A stretch of 64,000 nt of DNA from Marsupella aquatica (lineage: Eukaryota > Plantae > Marchantiophyta): contig OZ316898.1 in the NCBI GenBank assembly GCA_973895155.1, forward strand, positions 20,099,292 to 20,163,291, in the 5' to 3' direction. Of the stretch, positions 38,362-50,600 are shown one piece after another; position 1 is the first letter of the stretch; each line of letters starts with the position of its first letter. A model generated the notes under the pieces. That model was not told the DNA's origin. It did no database searches and saw only the letters and a program-made list of their open reading frames with translations. The translations under genes and the position numbers were made by a program.

Positions 38362-41300
38362 GAACCAGGGAATAATCCGGAATATGTGTCAAATGGGCCA
38401 TTTTGGCCTGTCATTAAACAACTTTACTTGCCGGGCAAGGTGTCAAGTTGCCCCGTCAGGTAAAACCGGGAACTCAGGTAAACCCTACTGACCAGTGATA
38501 CCCAGAGGGCTAGCTGCAGCACTCTAGTCCTTCAGTCTCCAAACACTAGGATTGTCAAGAGGGATTCAACAATGTCCCTTGACAACAATTCCCATAATCC
38601 ACTCACACAGTTTTTTGTCCCAGCAGTCAAGTTATCTGCAAGGCCAATGACATATTTGGAGTATTCATCTGCCTCAAGAAATTAAACCAAATGCAGCATT
38701 GACATGATGCCAATTTATTGCTGTTGTGCACATGACTTGCTCTCCACCATCCTTGCAAATGAAGATTCCAAGTTCACCAAAATAACTCAAGGATAGACAG
38801 AGTTAGCAGCTCGAATCCTACAATCGCAAAATTATGGTGATTAATTATCACAATTGATGTTAGTTGTATAACCCATTCTGTTCTGGACACAAGGTCAACA
38901 CAAGATTGCACGTTAAATGTACGTCAAGTTAATGCTCTCCGTACACCAAATATAAGCAAGTACACTATATGTATGATCTGCAAACCAAGTGATTTGGATT
39001 ACATGTGTCTTGGTTTATGCTCTGATTGTACGGCACATAGAGTTTACGCGTGGCCAAGTAGATTTAACGCGTGACCAACACGAGGCTATCATTCTCAAAT
39101 TGTACTTACAAGCCAACATTAATTAAAAATTTACAATTCTGTGCAGTTAGATCTCGAAGGGATTACCCAGTGCTTGGCGAGCCCAGGTCCAATGGATATC
39201 CTCCCTTAGAATATGTTCAAGACCAAGAAAACAAACTAACTAAGGAGGTACTCTGAGTCCCTCTCTAAGACTTAGTACATTTACAACAGGGAGTATTATA
39301 TATAGAGAGGTGGACAATAGCAGTTCCAAAGACCAGACCAAGTCCAGCGAAGGACCAGCTTGTTGGATTAATCACAAGTACTCTATAACTAGGGGTCTCC
39401 ATAATACTCATTTCACATACAGAACAATCGTGTGTATACTACAGAACATATCATATTTTGGGGCATTTTTTAGTATGAATCTACTTTCATAATATGCAAT
39501 GCAGGCCAAAAAGTTCTTTCATTTGCTTACAAAATAGGAAATGGAGGGAGGCCAAAAAGTTCTTTTATTTGCTTACAAATTGTGAACCATCCTGACATTT
39601 TTTAAAGATTTTGGAGTATCAAATGATATACTTATTTTTATAGTAGAATACATGAGATGCTTCTTTTGGGGCATCACACTTCTTGGATTTTTGCATAGAG
39701 TATGATTTGAGACTTTAGAAGGAAGCAAAATGGGGTAATTTTGCTTTCACTCCCTCATTTTTTCTTCTCTTTGTTTAACTGTTATTTTTTCTTCTCTTTG
39801 TAGTTTATTTAATGATGCTGCAGGTTCTTAAGGGGGGAGGAATGGATGGCAAGGGAGTGAAGAAGTAGGAAAAAGGGGGAGACAAAAATTAAAATGTTCC
39901 GCTCCCAATATCCTGAATCATACCAAACAAGGAGTGAATTGACATCCTTGTATGAATACTCAAATTTATGGAACGCTAATATTGAAGCCCCTTCAATCTA
40001 TACTCAAAAGCAACCTGAGTTGATTACTTTATTATTTGTTATCATAGTTGTGTACCTTTGTTCATTCCAGGGCCTTCCCCTAGGGAATCATTTAAAGTAA
40101 AACACGTGACAACAAAATTAAATTAAAAATAAAATTTCATTAAAAAATAGATACCTTTAAATTATATTATTTAATGTAAAAATTAATATTTTCACATGCT
40201 TTACTATAAGGTTTTTATTATAAATATATTATTTCACAAGATTAAAAATAATATTAATTTGTTTGCATCCCTTCTAATCATCCAAACAAGTGATTCCCCA
40301 ATTTTTACTTCTTCTTTCAACAATGGATTCTTGTGTTCTTCGTCTCTTCCAGCAAAGCATCCTTACTTTATACGTAACATTATTCATTCTTAAATAGCTC
40401 TAAGCCTCTGAAATATCGATGACCTTCTTCTTCCAACAATGCATTCTTCTGGTGTTCGTCTTTTCTTCCAGCAAAGCATTCTTACTTTATACCTAACATT
40501 ATTTGTTCTCAAATATCGACAAACACGAAGGCTGTGACAACATGGCCAGATAGGCCAGCCGCGCACAAGCAAAAACATTTTATTACATGACTCTTAATTT
40601 TTCTATATCCATAGCTAACAAAACAACAAACAATCTAGTTGATAACATACATTTTTGAACTATTATAATACAGCACAAAAAATATGAAAGATAACAAAAA
40701 GGACAAGAAATTTAAAACCAGTAAGGACAGTCTCGTTACTAACAAAATTACTGTTCGCTGACATTATACAAGGACTCCAAGATTCAAAATTCATGAAGAA
40801 TACTAGTCAATGACAATTCAATGACAGCAGCAAGCAAAATTTTGGGCCTCGAGGGACGGGCAGAAAGGTGCTGGGCAAGGAAGCGAGATCGAGTCGTCAC
40901 AGTCTGTGTGTGGCTGGTAATCCATGGTCTTTCTGTCGAAATTGGACGATCGAGGAACTCTAAGAGAAGGGCGTTTGTTTACAGTTTTGCGTAGCAATCC
41001 GTCGATGGCCACGGAGGCTGAGGGGGTCTCCACTGTGAATTTTAGTGGTTCGACTTTTCGAGCATGGATTGGTTACATACAAATCGAAGTTTCCTTTCTC
41101 GTTGCAGCGCCATGGTCCGAGTACAAAGCTTGAGAGAACCTGTTCGAGTACGACCGAGAAGACAGGAATTATGAAGTCTGACGAGGTCCTAGGGATGGGC
41201 AGATCGAGGGCATGATCGGAGGACGCAATCAGTATAGAGGTGCGGTCAGCGCAGGGACATGGTGTAGTTATATACCCCAGGATTACGAGGGAGATAGGTC

Positions 41301-41377
41301 GACGAGGGAAGCCTTCAGAGTCAGCAGCTCTCTGTGGAGGTTGCAGGAGGAAAGGAAATTAAAGGAGGGACCGAGCT

Positions 41378-42583
41378 ATGATGATTCTGAAGTTTGGGAT
41401 GAAAGATTTGATCATTAGTGGACTATGTACCACTCTCTTAATAATCCTCTTCTTTTTCGACATGATACATCCTCCGAATACGATGGCTGTCCAGAACTCA
41501 GTGCCTGGTCGACTGAATTGTTTCATGGGGACCAACGGCGCTGGACCCGCTACAAATCATGAGCAGGACAAATTCATGTCACCGGTTATGGCGGCGAATT
41601 TGACCGGCGGCGTAAATTGGACAGCTATCGAGGAGGAATTCCCAGGGCTCAATGAGATATTAGAGAAGGCTGCACTGCCGAACAAAACGATTATTCTGAC
41701 GACATTGAATGCTGCCTGGGCTTCAAAGGACAGTATGATTGACCTCTTTCTGGGAAGTTTTTATGCTGGCGAAGGGATCTCCCACTATCTAAACAACCTC
41801 ATCATCATCGCTCTGGATCAAGTGTCGTACGATCGGTGCCGTGAAATTCATCGACACTGCCTCAGACTCGAGACAGCCGACGTCGACTTCGCTGGAGAGA
41901 AATTTTTCATGAGCGATGATTATTTGAAGATGCTGTGGCGGCGAGTGGAGCTCTTGACAGCCGTGCTCGAGCTGGGCTACGACCTGATCTTTTCGGATGC
42001 AGACATCCTGTGGTTTCGGGACCCTTTTCCCCATCTCTCACCGGACGCCGACTTCCAAATCGCATGCGACCAATTCTATGGCGACCCCACTGACCTCAAC
42101 AATCGTCCCAATGGAGGATTCGTGTTTGTCCGCTCGAGTCGACGGACTGTCGGCTTCTACAAGTACTGGCACGAGTCACGCCTAGACTATCCCACACAGC
42201 ACGATCAGGATGTCTTCAACTCCATCAAGAGAACGACGCAGTTTGCAGAGTTCGAGCTGAAGCTGGAGTTTCTGGACACGGCGTACTTCGGAGGATTCTG
42301 TGAAGTATCGACGAATCTGTCCCGAGTCTGCACCATGCATGCGAATTGCTGCACAGGGCTGGAGAGGAAGCTATTTGATCTCAAGCTTACAATTTTAGAT
42401 TGGGCACACTACAGGACCCTAACTCCAAAAGAACGGGAGGCAAGGAGAGTGTTTTGGCAAGCTCCAAAGGAGTGCTTAAATTCATTTACGCATAGCGAGA
42501 GCAGTCCCAATAATGATACCATTGATGATCCCATGAACCCACCCACTGAACTTGAAAGGCAAAGAGTGGGTGGGGGTGTGTAA
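41378..42583 (+). CDS. Nucleotide-diphospho-sugar transferase family protein (GT77-related, At4g15970-like), 401 aa, single coding exon
   Basis: N-terminal TM anchor. NKTIILTTLNAAWA, SMIDLFLGSF, FMSDDYLKMLWRR, DxD motif FSDADILWFRDPF, ADFQIACD, PNGGF, HDQDVFN, TMHANCC and WQAPKEC. Confidence 0.93.
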   Translation: MMILKFGMKDLIISGLCTTLLIILFFFDMIHPPNTMAVQNSVPGRLNCFMGTNGAGPATNHEQDKFMSPVMAANLTGGVNWTAIEEEFPGLNEILEKAALPNKTIILTTLNAAWASKDSMIDLFLGSFYAGEGISHYLNNLIIIALDQVSYDRCREIHRHCLRLETADVDFAGEKFFMSDDYLKMLWRRVELLTAVLELGYDLIFSDADILWFRDPFPHLSPDADFQIACDQFYGDPTDLNNRPNGGFVFVRSSRRTVGFYKYWHESRLDYPTQHDQDVFNSIKRTTQFAEFELKLEFLDTAYFGGFCEVSTNLSRVCTMHANCCTGLERKLFDLKLTILDWAHYRTLTPKEREARRVFWQAPKECLNSFTHSESSPNNDTIDDPMNPPTELERQRVGGGV

Positions 42584-42680
42584 TGGGAAAAAGCATGTTG
42601 GAGGCTAAAGGCCATGCTTGGATGTCTGGCCTCTGCCTTTGAATGGTTCAACCTCTAAGTTCTTCTCATACAGGATCAGG

Positions 42681-43118
42681 TGATGGGCATGCATGTTCCA
42701 TTGGTTTCTCCCAGCAAGAGCAAGCTAGACCAGGAGCAAGCAAGAGCAAGCTAGACCAAGAGCAAGGTCAATGAATGTTATATTAGTATATCCAAATTTC
42801 AAATTCAATTCTTCCCCGAACATGAGGGTTGTAACTAAATTACCATTAGGGTGTTAATGGTGATTAGTCACTATTCTTACATCTAGCATATAGTGGGGTT
42901 AGGGAGAGTTTCTCTTGGAGATTCATGTTCATTGTTGAGAGAGCTAGTTAGGTGCTAGGAGGAGAGCTTGTACAGGGAGGCTTTGTATGACCATGTAACC
43001 AAAGCTTAGCAAAGCTCATGTGTGTTTCCGTGGACGTAGCCTCAGTGAGGGTGAACTACGTATCTCTTGGTGTAGGTGTGTGCATGCTTGCTGGTTGTAT
43101 CGTGTAGGTTTCCCAACA
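42681..43118 (+). mobile_element. Copia-type solo or partial LTR just downstream of the transferase gene
   Basis: GTGGACGTAGCC...GGTGAACTACGTATCTCTTG motif, shared with the Tork LTRs, lies ~60 bp before the CCCAACA end. No PBS follows. The start and TSD are not resolved. Confidence 0.6.
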
Positions 43119-43592
43119 GACAGTCTAGACATGCCCCCGAGTCCACTCGCTACGTTCTCTTGGTATAGGACCATGCATGTGTGGGCATGTGTGCTCCATT
43201 TCTCCGAGGAAGAGCAATGTCAATGTTAATATGTACAGGTCTCAAATTCAATTTCCCCCAACATGGAGGGTAAAGAGTAGGTGTAGGGTGTGGACTGTGG
43301 AGTAGCCAATGCATGTGGAAGGTCAGGCTACAAGCTATGTCTGGACATTGCCATGAGTCAATTTGGTGCACGGCCATGTGGTGGGCATGTGTGCGCTCCA
43401 TTGGTATCTCTTATACTTAGCTTGTCTTGTGGATCCTTGAGGGCTTTGCCCTAATGTATGTGAATCACACCAATGGGGTACCTGAGTAAACTTGGTGATC
43501 TTCTACACCTCAAAAGCAGAGGGCAAAATAATGCAAACTCCAAAACCCTAAAAAGAGGAAAAAATCAGAGATAAAAATATACCAATGCAATA

Positions 43593-43923
43593 GGGCGTCT
43601 CAATTATGGAAAAAAAATTCAAACACAGGCGACCCGAGACACAGTTGGGCGCACCGAGACAGGGTTGATGCAGGCCAAGAAATTTTGGGGTAGTCAATTC
43701 TGAGACCGGTCGCGGGTGGAGATGCCGCAGAGTTGAAGAGACGCTGCTCCTTGTGCTGTTTTGAGCGATCGCTGTGCTGTTTTGCATGAAAGGTTAATTG
43801 CGGTCGGGCGGGGGTGTAAATTTCCCGAGCATGACTGGTTGGGCACCACAATCGTGCCCGACCAGTCCTGCCCGGCGGCCCGGGCGCTGAAATTTCCTGC
43901 AACTGGCCATATATGAGACGCCC
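43593..43923. mobile_element. MITE, 331 bp
   Basis: TIR GGGCGTCTCAATTATGG versus revcomp GGGCGTCTCATATATGG (15/17). Flanked by TA on both sides, with a GC-rich interior. Confidence 0.8.
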
Positions 43924-45235
43924 TAATATAGTGATGAGTTAATGGGATGAGTTAAAGTCCCACATCTAGGGTAGAACTAAGTCTGCAAGTGGACCCGCAA
44001 GTGGGATGTGGATGTACTCTAAGAGGCTTGGCGTGAGTTTTCTCCATTGTACTTTGCTAGTAATTTTGTCAATAATTTGTTTGTTTTTAATCCTGATGAG
44101 AAAACTAATACTGATGAGAAACTAGAATTGGGGTCTATGCCTCTGTTGGGTTCTATGCCCCTCTAGGGGCTATGTATATTAATTTGTTTTCCTTAATGTT
44201 TATTGAGAAAGTTGATACTCAGATGGACCACAAGCTTTGACTAAAGGACTCCGATCGACAAAGTACTTTTTGGCATCCTGAAAGGTGCTCTGATCTTCAT
44301 ACAATGTAAAGCTTTGATCTTGGAAAGTTTCAAAGCCAAAAATGGGGGGAATTAGAAAATCCAAGAAAAATGATCAACAGCTCCCCAATTCAAGAAAGAA
44401 AAAAACTGATTTTAGAACAGCTTCATTGACTTGCTATCGGTACTTTTAAAAACACAGAGCCAGGGTGCTGCCATTGAGGGTGCTGAAACCCCCGTGGAAG
44501 CAAAAGTGACCAGGTTTAGCACCATTACCCTTGTCCCAGGAGTATTGGAAGTAGGAGGGTTGTAAGGTATGAAATAAATAAAAGAACAAAGGTAATGAGG
44601 GCGATCAACCTTGTGGAGCAGTAGGCGAAGAAGACAGATTGTTTGTGTGAAATATAGACAACTATCAGAACTTAGGGTGTGACGTACTATGAGGCCACTT
44701 AATCAACAGTAGCACCACCAATTGAGTCCATGGACAGTGGAACACGGCACCACTGATGGAGAGATGGGAGTTTAGGGCGATGGGCGATGGGAGAGGGAGC
44801 AGGAAATGCTCCAAAATGACAAAATCTGTGAGATGAGGAATGCTGAGGCTGCAAAGGCCACCAAGGAAGAGGACTACCAAACTTGCAACCAGCTAAAGCA
44901 GATCTGAAGGAGCATTCCATCACCTGTTCCATCACAGACTTGAATTTAGCTTACTACACTATCGATCATGGATCATGGCTGGAGCAATCTCTGCATGCCA
45001 TTGTCTTTGGTCCTCTTCAGGCTCGATTCCCCAGGAGGGCTGCTTGTTGTTTTATGGTGTTACACCTAACCTAGGCTAAATTTGTGTAATCAGGCTTGAT
45101 TCGGGGGAGGACTGCCCGTTCATTGTTGGGATCATCTTAAAAGCCACTAGCCATGACAAAAACATGGTTACACACATTTCACGGGTTTTAGTACTTTTTT
45201 CCTGAAAATAAATTGTGGAGCAAAAGTTTCATGGG

Positions 45236-45400
45236 TAGAGGAAACTGATGTGAAAAAGGAAAGAATATTGGACAATTCTCCTTTTCATATGGCCAGTGGT
45301 GTTTTAACTTGAAGCAAAGTCAAGTGGTAGAGGAAAGGAATGTGATAAACCAAGAAATATTAGACACTTCTCCCTCTTATATGGCCAGTGGTGGTTTAAC
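45236..45400. repeat. Diverged ~92-bp tandem duplication
   Basis: GTAGAGGAAA...AATATT.GACA.TTCTCC...TATGGCCAGTGGTG.TTTAAC occurs twice. Confidence 0.75.
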
Positions 45401-46440
45401 GAAATGTATGGTGTTACATTTACTGTAATTTCCACTCTTTTCAGGCTGTTGGTCAGACTTCAGACTTCAGTATGAAACCAAAATGCCTACAATCCCAATC
45501 CCAATTCAATCCAAACGGCAAAACAGTGCTTTTCTGCAGCGGTAGGCGAGACCCCACAAGTCAATTCGAAATGGTTTTTCTCGAACGATTGCTTCCTTGA
45601 CTGGTTTACAGTCAACGTCGATCCGCAAAAGCTTGCTCAAAGAACGCAAGACCTGACTAGGTCCTTTCCTCCAGCGAAGGGCGTTGGAACAGAGCGTAAC
45701 AGAACGGAACTTGAGACAAGCTCCATGATTCGCGGCATGTCCAAAGAGAAGGTGCAGTTCACCACCCTCTTAGGTAGATTGGGGCATTGGGCCCATAGCG
45801 AAGGATTTGAACATTCTGGGCACTACTGATGAGACTGTCTACAAACTTCAACGTTTAGATTGGCAATTTCACCCCGAGAACACGCGCACCACGCGTCCTC
45901 AATTGCGCAACTCGAGTCACGCATGCATAGCATCGATCCTCAGCGAAAAAACCTCGGCTTCCCCCACGTGGACACTCCTTTTTCTCAATGTTGTTCTTAT
46001 CAGAGTTCCATAAAGTTGAGTTGATAAGATGCTTATCTGCTTGCATTCCAATACGAGCATAAGACTCACGAGGCTAACGTAGTCACCGGCTTTTCACACG
46101 ACCACAGTACTCATCCATTCATCAAGACAGTTCCCAAAATAATTTACAAGCAAAACAACCTTAGGAAATCTGGTTTGCGTACAACCTAGAGCCGAGTTTC
46201 TTTCGCAACAGTGAAATTTTGTGCTCACGGAAATAACCATTCGAGACTCCGCAAGAGTGCACACAGAATGCAGAGAAAGTGTGTATGCGTTCCACGCAAA
46301 GACCAAGTTTCCTGCCAAATGCGGAAACTCTATCCTCATGGCAAGAAAGCACATCACACATCAAACTTCCGCAATATGCGTACAAAGCCTTCCCATCTTT
46401 AGCGGCAACCATCTCACTTAATCGCACCAATCACAGAGCC

Positions 46441-46562
46441 TTAGACATGTACGACAAGCATAGCATGAGCATGCGTATCGAGACACGGTGGCTTTCTTGG
46501 GTTAGACATGTACGACAAGCATAGCATGAGCATGCGTATTGAGACACGGTGGCTTTCTTGGG
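46441..46562. repeat. 61-bp tandem duplication, 1 mismatch
   Basis: TTAGACATGTACGACAAGCATAGCATGAGCATGCGTATYGAGACACGGTGGCTTTCTTGGG occurs twice. Confidence 0.97.
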
Positions 46563-47250
46563 TAAATTCCCGTATCGACTTCATAGAAATCTTAGTATAC
46601 AAAGGGGCAACGAACTATAAAATACAGTTTTCTTGAGGAGCTTTCGATCCTCTTCATGTAGGAACCAACTTCAGTAAGGCTTCTATCTCGGAGGCACAAT
46701 CCCGTCGTAAACTTCTACCACCGAAAACGCAAGCACACGACAAGGGCCAATTCTCCCCACAACACATGATACTCAAATTGATTATCCTCGACGCCTCTGC
46801 CGTGGCAAGACCCACTGAGCCTACGCTGGTGGTTCTTGATTCCATAGAACTGTGGCCTGACTCTTCACAACCATTCATAGATGCCATCAGTGACATCACC
46901 AAATGGCTGAAGAAATTAGAACGGCCGGTGATCACCACCAGGTTCTCAAAAAGATGTGCGAGTCCAGAGAGCAGCACGGGATTAATCGACAGAAAAACCC
47001 TTCGGAGAGACCACGCGCGTTGCACTAAAGATGTGTATATCGGTGAGCTCCGACTGGGACTTGAAGAGAATGCGAGTCCAAGGAACCTCCATAATTTGGA
47101 GAACTATTATGAACTTCATCCCACCATTGCGACAACTATTGAGTGGGTGGGGCCAAAGAGTCGGCAACCGCTTGAGAGTTCGTTGCCCTATATTTTCCCC
47201 AAGGAAGGGGTAATTGAGACGATGCCAGATGTTTTTCCTCAAAACTCCGT

Positions 47251-47496
47251 TTAACATTCTCTGTCAAACCCGGCTAGTTTTGAGAGCGCGGCTCCAAATC
47301 TTTGGTGCTTTACGCTGGGTGACACAGTCCCATCAGATACCGAAGAAGGTGACCGCGATTCTGAAATCGCCACCATGTCGCTCTCCTCCGCAATCGGATC
47401 CAGCTTTACCTCCGAGGACTTTCTCCTGTGAGTCGCAATGATTCTGGGAGGAGCCATCTCCAACCCGAGATTGAACGTCGGTCCCTGTCTGGCCAT
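47251..47496 (-). CDS. Candidate small Ser-rich protein, 81 aa
   Basis: ATG at 47496. Contains HRRKSSEVKLDPIAEESD. An upstream CT-rich leader (~47770-47800) and a TTTATA box (~47820) lie on the same strand. Confidence 0.35.
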   Translation of the reverse strand: MARQGPTFNLGLEMAPPRIIATHRRKSSEVKLDPIAEESDMVAISESRSPSSVSDGTVSPSVKHQRFGAALSKLAGFDREC

Positions 47497-48872
47497 TACT
47501 AGAGCTATCCTTGTCGAAAACGCAAGGCCTGCCTGCTGTGGCACAATCCACCTGCCAAATTTGACACGCCCGAATCACCTTCAGCTGAGAGCTCCTCGAG
47601 AAGATCCAAGCAAGCGCAGCCGTATTCGATCGACGGGGCAACGAAGATTATTGCAGAAACTATCACCCACCTGAGAAAATAAGCGAAAGATGCCTTGCCC
47701 AAAGCAATACTAACAGGTGATACCAAAGAAACGAGAGAGATCAGAAGTCCCTGTTTCCCAAGACGACACAGAGAGCCTGAGAGAGAGGGAGAGTGAAAAG
47801 ATTGTATGGTAGTTGGCGCTATAAATGGCCGCCTAGAAACACAGACGCTAGACGCAATGAGACTTCACACCACCGGTACGAGTGTACGACTGAAGACCAG
47901 AGACGCAACGACGATGGGGAGGGTCACCGAAGGGGACTGCGAAGGGGCGCAGACAAAAGACAACTTGAGTGCAGGACGTGTTTGTTGTCGAGTAGATGGC
48001 AGCAGAGTACCAGAAGAAGAACAGAAGCGTCCAGCATACGGAAGCAGGTATGAGTGAGACGAGGCTGTATGGTGAGAGAATATATAACCCAAGTGGGGAA
48101 GCTTGGGAGGAAGGGATGAAAGCCAGGTGGGTTGTGTGGAAGCAGCACACCCGACACTTCAAAATAACTGTACCCATGCTACGCAGCCATTGTGGTCTAC
48201 AATGTAGCTTGCCAGAAAGCTACAGTACAGGGTGGAATCATTCGATTCGGATGGAAGGAAGGAAGAGAAGGAAGAGAAGGAAGCTCGAGGCCAGGTGTAG
48301 TGAATCACAGGTGTACTAAAGCCAAGGGGCGCAATCATGGCGCCGGAATAGACCAGACCGCTCACCGATGAGACAATCAGACCACCACTGGGCCCAGGTT
48401 GCTCAGCATCCAGCCATCGCTGCGACGCTGCCCCAGTGCCCCTAGTAAGCAATCACGCCAGCTCGACGCGAATTCTGTCACTGTGCCTCTGTCCCGCGAT
48501 TCCTCAGTGCCTCAGGAGGCATCATTATTCCTTCCTGACCGATTCGCTTTCCTCCCCTCCCCTCCCCTCCCCTCCCCTCATTCCAGTACCAATTCTGGCG
48601 GCAGGATTTTCCGCCATTGAAACAAACAAACAGGCAAACAAACAAACAAACAAACAAGCATTCTGAATCAGGATACTTCCAGACATGGATACTTCCAGAG
48701 TTCCAGACATTGTTCTGACTGTCGTCCATAGCTTTGCAACTAACTGTAGGTTGGAGTAGAGTGAAATAGAGCCCTCAATAAAGACGATTTCGACTGGACC
48801 AGGTTGGACCACAAGTCCACAACTGTGCAGAGCGCACCCCAGTATCGAAGAGCCAAAATAGGCAGCACTAAA

Positions 48873-48962
48873 AAAGCAGCCTTATGGGCAATATATGAGG
48901 AAGGCATACTGAGGAAAGCAGCCTTATGGGCAATATATGAGGAAGGCATACTGAGGAAAGCG
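48873..48962. repeat. 42-bp tandem repeat, ~2 copies
   Basis: AAAGCAGCCTTATGGGCAATATATGAGGAAGGCATACTGAGG occurs twice. Confidence 0.9.
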
Positions 48963-50600
48963 GCCCAATCATACAAAGCATAGTTCTGGAAGGCGGGAGT
49001 AGGCTGGTTACACGACAAGACAAGGAATGTTGCTCCAGAAACCAACCTACCCAAACTTTCATCGGAGTTGAGCAATAAATAAATCTAATTCTATACTTGT
49101 CATCAAAAGCTACTATGAGGGTAATTCTTTAGAATGAATCCTCTAGACTCTGACTAATTGTATACTTGTCATCAAAAGCTACTATGAGGGCAACCTCTTT
49201 AGAACGAAGCCTCTAGACGCTGACAATGGGGAGGGGTGTGAAACAAAAAACCAAGATTGGGAACAAAGCAAATGCTAAAGCCACTAGACCCTGACTATGG
49301 GAACCGAAGGTGGTGTGTGAGCAAAGAACGAGGATTGGGGACAAGGCAAAACATTTGAACTTGAATTGTGAATAGGCAGGGGGGTATGAACAAAAACCAA
49401 AGATCGGGGACAAAGTAAATGCTAGGCCTCTGGACCCTGACTATGGAAGTAGCTGAAGATGGGGTGTGAGCAAAGAACGAGGAATGGGGACAAAGGAAAA
49501 CATTTGATCTTGAATTGGTGAATAGGCAACGGGCTTGAATGTTAATCAACAAGTAGGGAATACATTTTTTCACAAGTCCCTGTTTGTCCTCACCTCGATG
49601 TACGTTCAAAGTTCAAAGAGCGGGCAGTCAGGCTAGTAATCTAAACACTGCCATATGCACTCCTCTTGCCCAATAAATGTAAACACTATCATCTGCACTC
49701 CCGCTCTTTCTTTCTTGTTGTCTGTTTATGGAATGTCATTCTCTCTGGAAATCTCCCTGGTCAATGAATCATGATGATGTTTTTTCCTAACCAAGAGATC
49801 CCACCAAGCACCTTTTCCACCCATCACACTCCCCCCCCCAAGCTTACAAATTCCTTGAAATCCAATTGCCCAGTTGACTCCTCGACTCCCTGCAACTTAG
49901 GACTGTTTGGCCATTTCACTTTTTCAACAATACTACAGCTCGACACCACTTACCATTATATTACTGTGGAATGCAAGGGCATCAGGCTATAAATTATTAA
50001 AATGTTGGACTACTATATCAAAAATTTTGCGGGCCCTTGTGAAACCTCAAAATAATTCTGTCACTTAAATTTTAAGGAAATTCTAAGCATTTGGGTGCAA
50101 CACTGACTTTTCAGTGTGTACACTGTGTTTTTAATTAAAACATGAAAACAAGAGAATACTAGTAGGGCCTTTGAGTAATTCCATGATATAAAAATTAATC
50201 ATTGTTTTCACAGGGTCCTGCATGGACAGGGACAGCATTACAGTAACTGGAGAGGTAACCCATCTGGCCTGCCTCTACATGACAGCTTGATTTCTGTCAC
50301 TCTCTTTTCTACCAAACCATTCTTGCAAAGAGGGTGAGAAGGAAGTAGTGTATTGCTCGTTTTCCATTGGTCCTCTTTCCTTCTCAGTTCCCCATTCTTG
50401 CAAACTAAGAGGGTGAGACCGGCGGACTAGCAGTGTCTTTCATTTGTACTGCCCCACTCTCCAAGAATCACAGGGATGCATTTTCTCTTGGTACTAGGAT
50501 ACATCATTATCATAGAGGTATTGTACAATGCGAGCAAATAGAAATTTGGTGGCGATCTCGGTGGCGATGAGAGTGTTGTTAGCAAGACACTAGTGATTTT

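Noticed and set aside
41378-42583. Transferase as an LTR-captured retrogene
   Set aside because: It is intronless with an LTR downstream, but no matching upstream LTR, PBS, poly(A) tract or TSD was found.
46766-47254. 162-aa plus-strand ORF and other 60-190 aa ORFs in intergenic or antisense positions
   Set aside because: No motifs or gene context. Most are antisense shadows of real ORFs or chance frames.
48551-48660. (CCCCT)n and (AAAC)n tracts
   Set aside because: Ordinary microsatellites.
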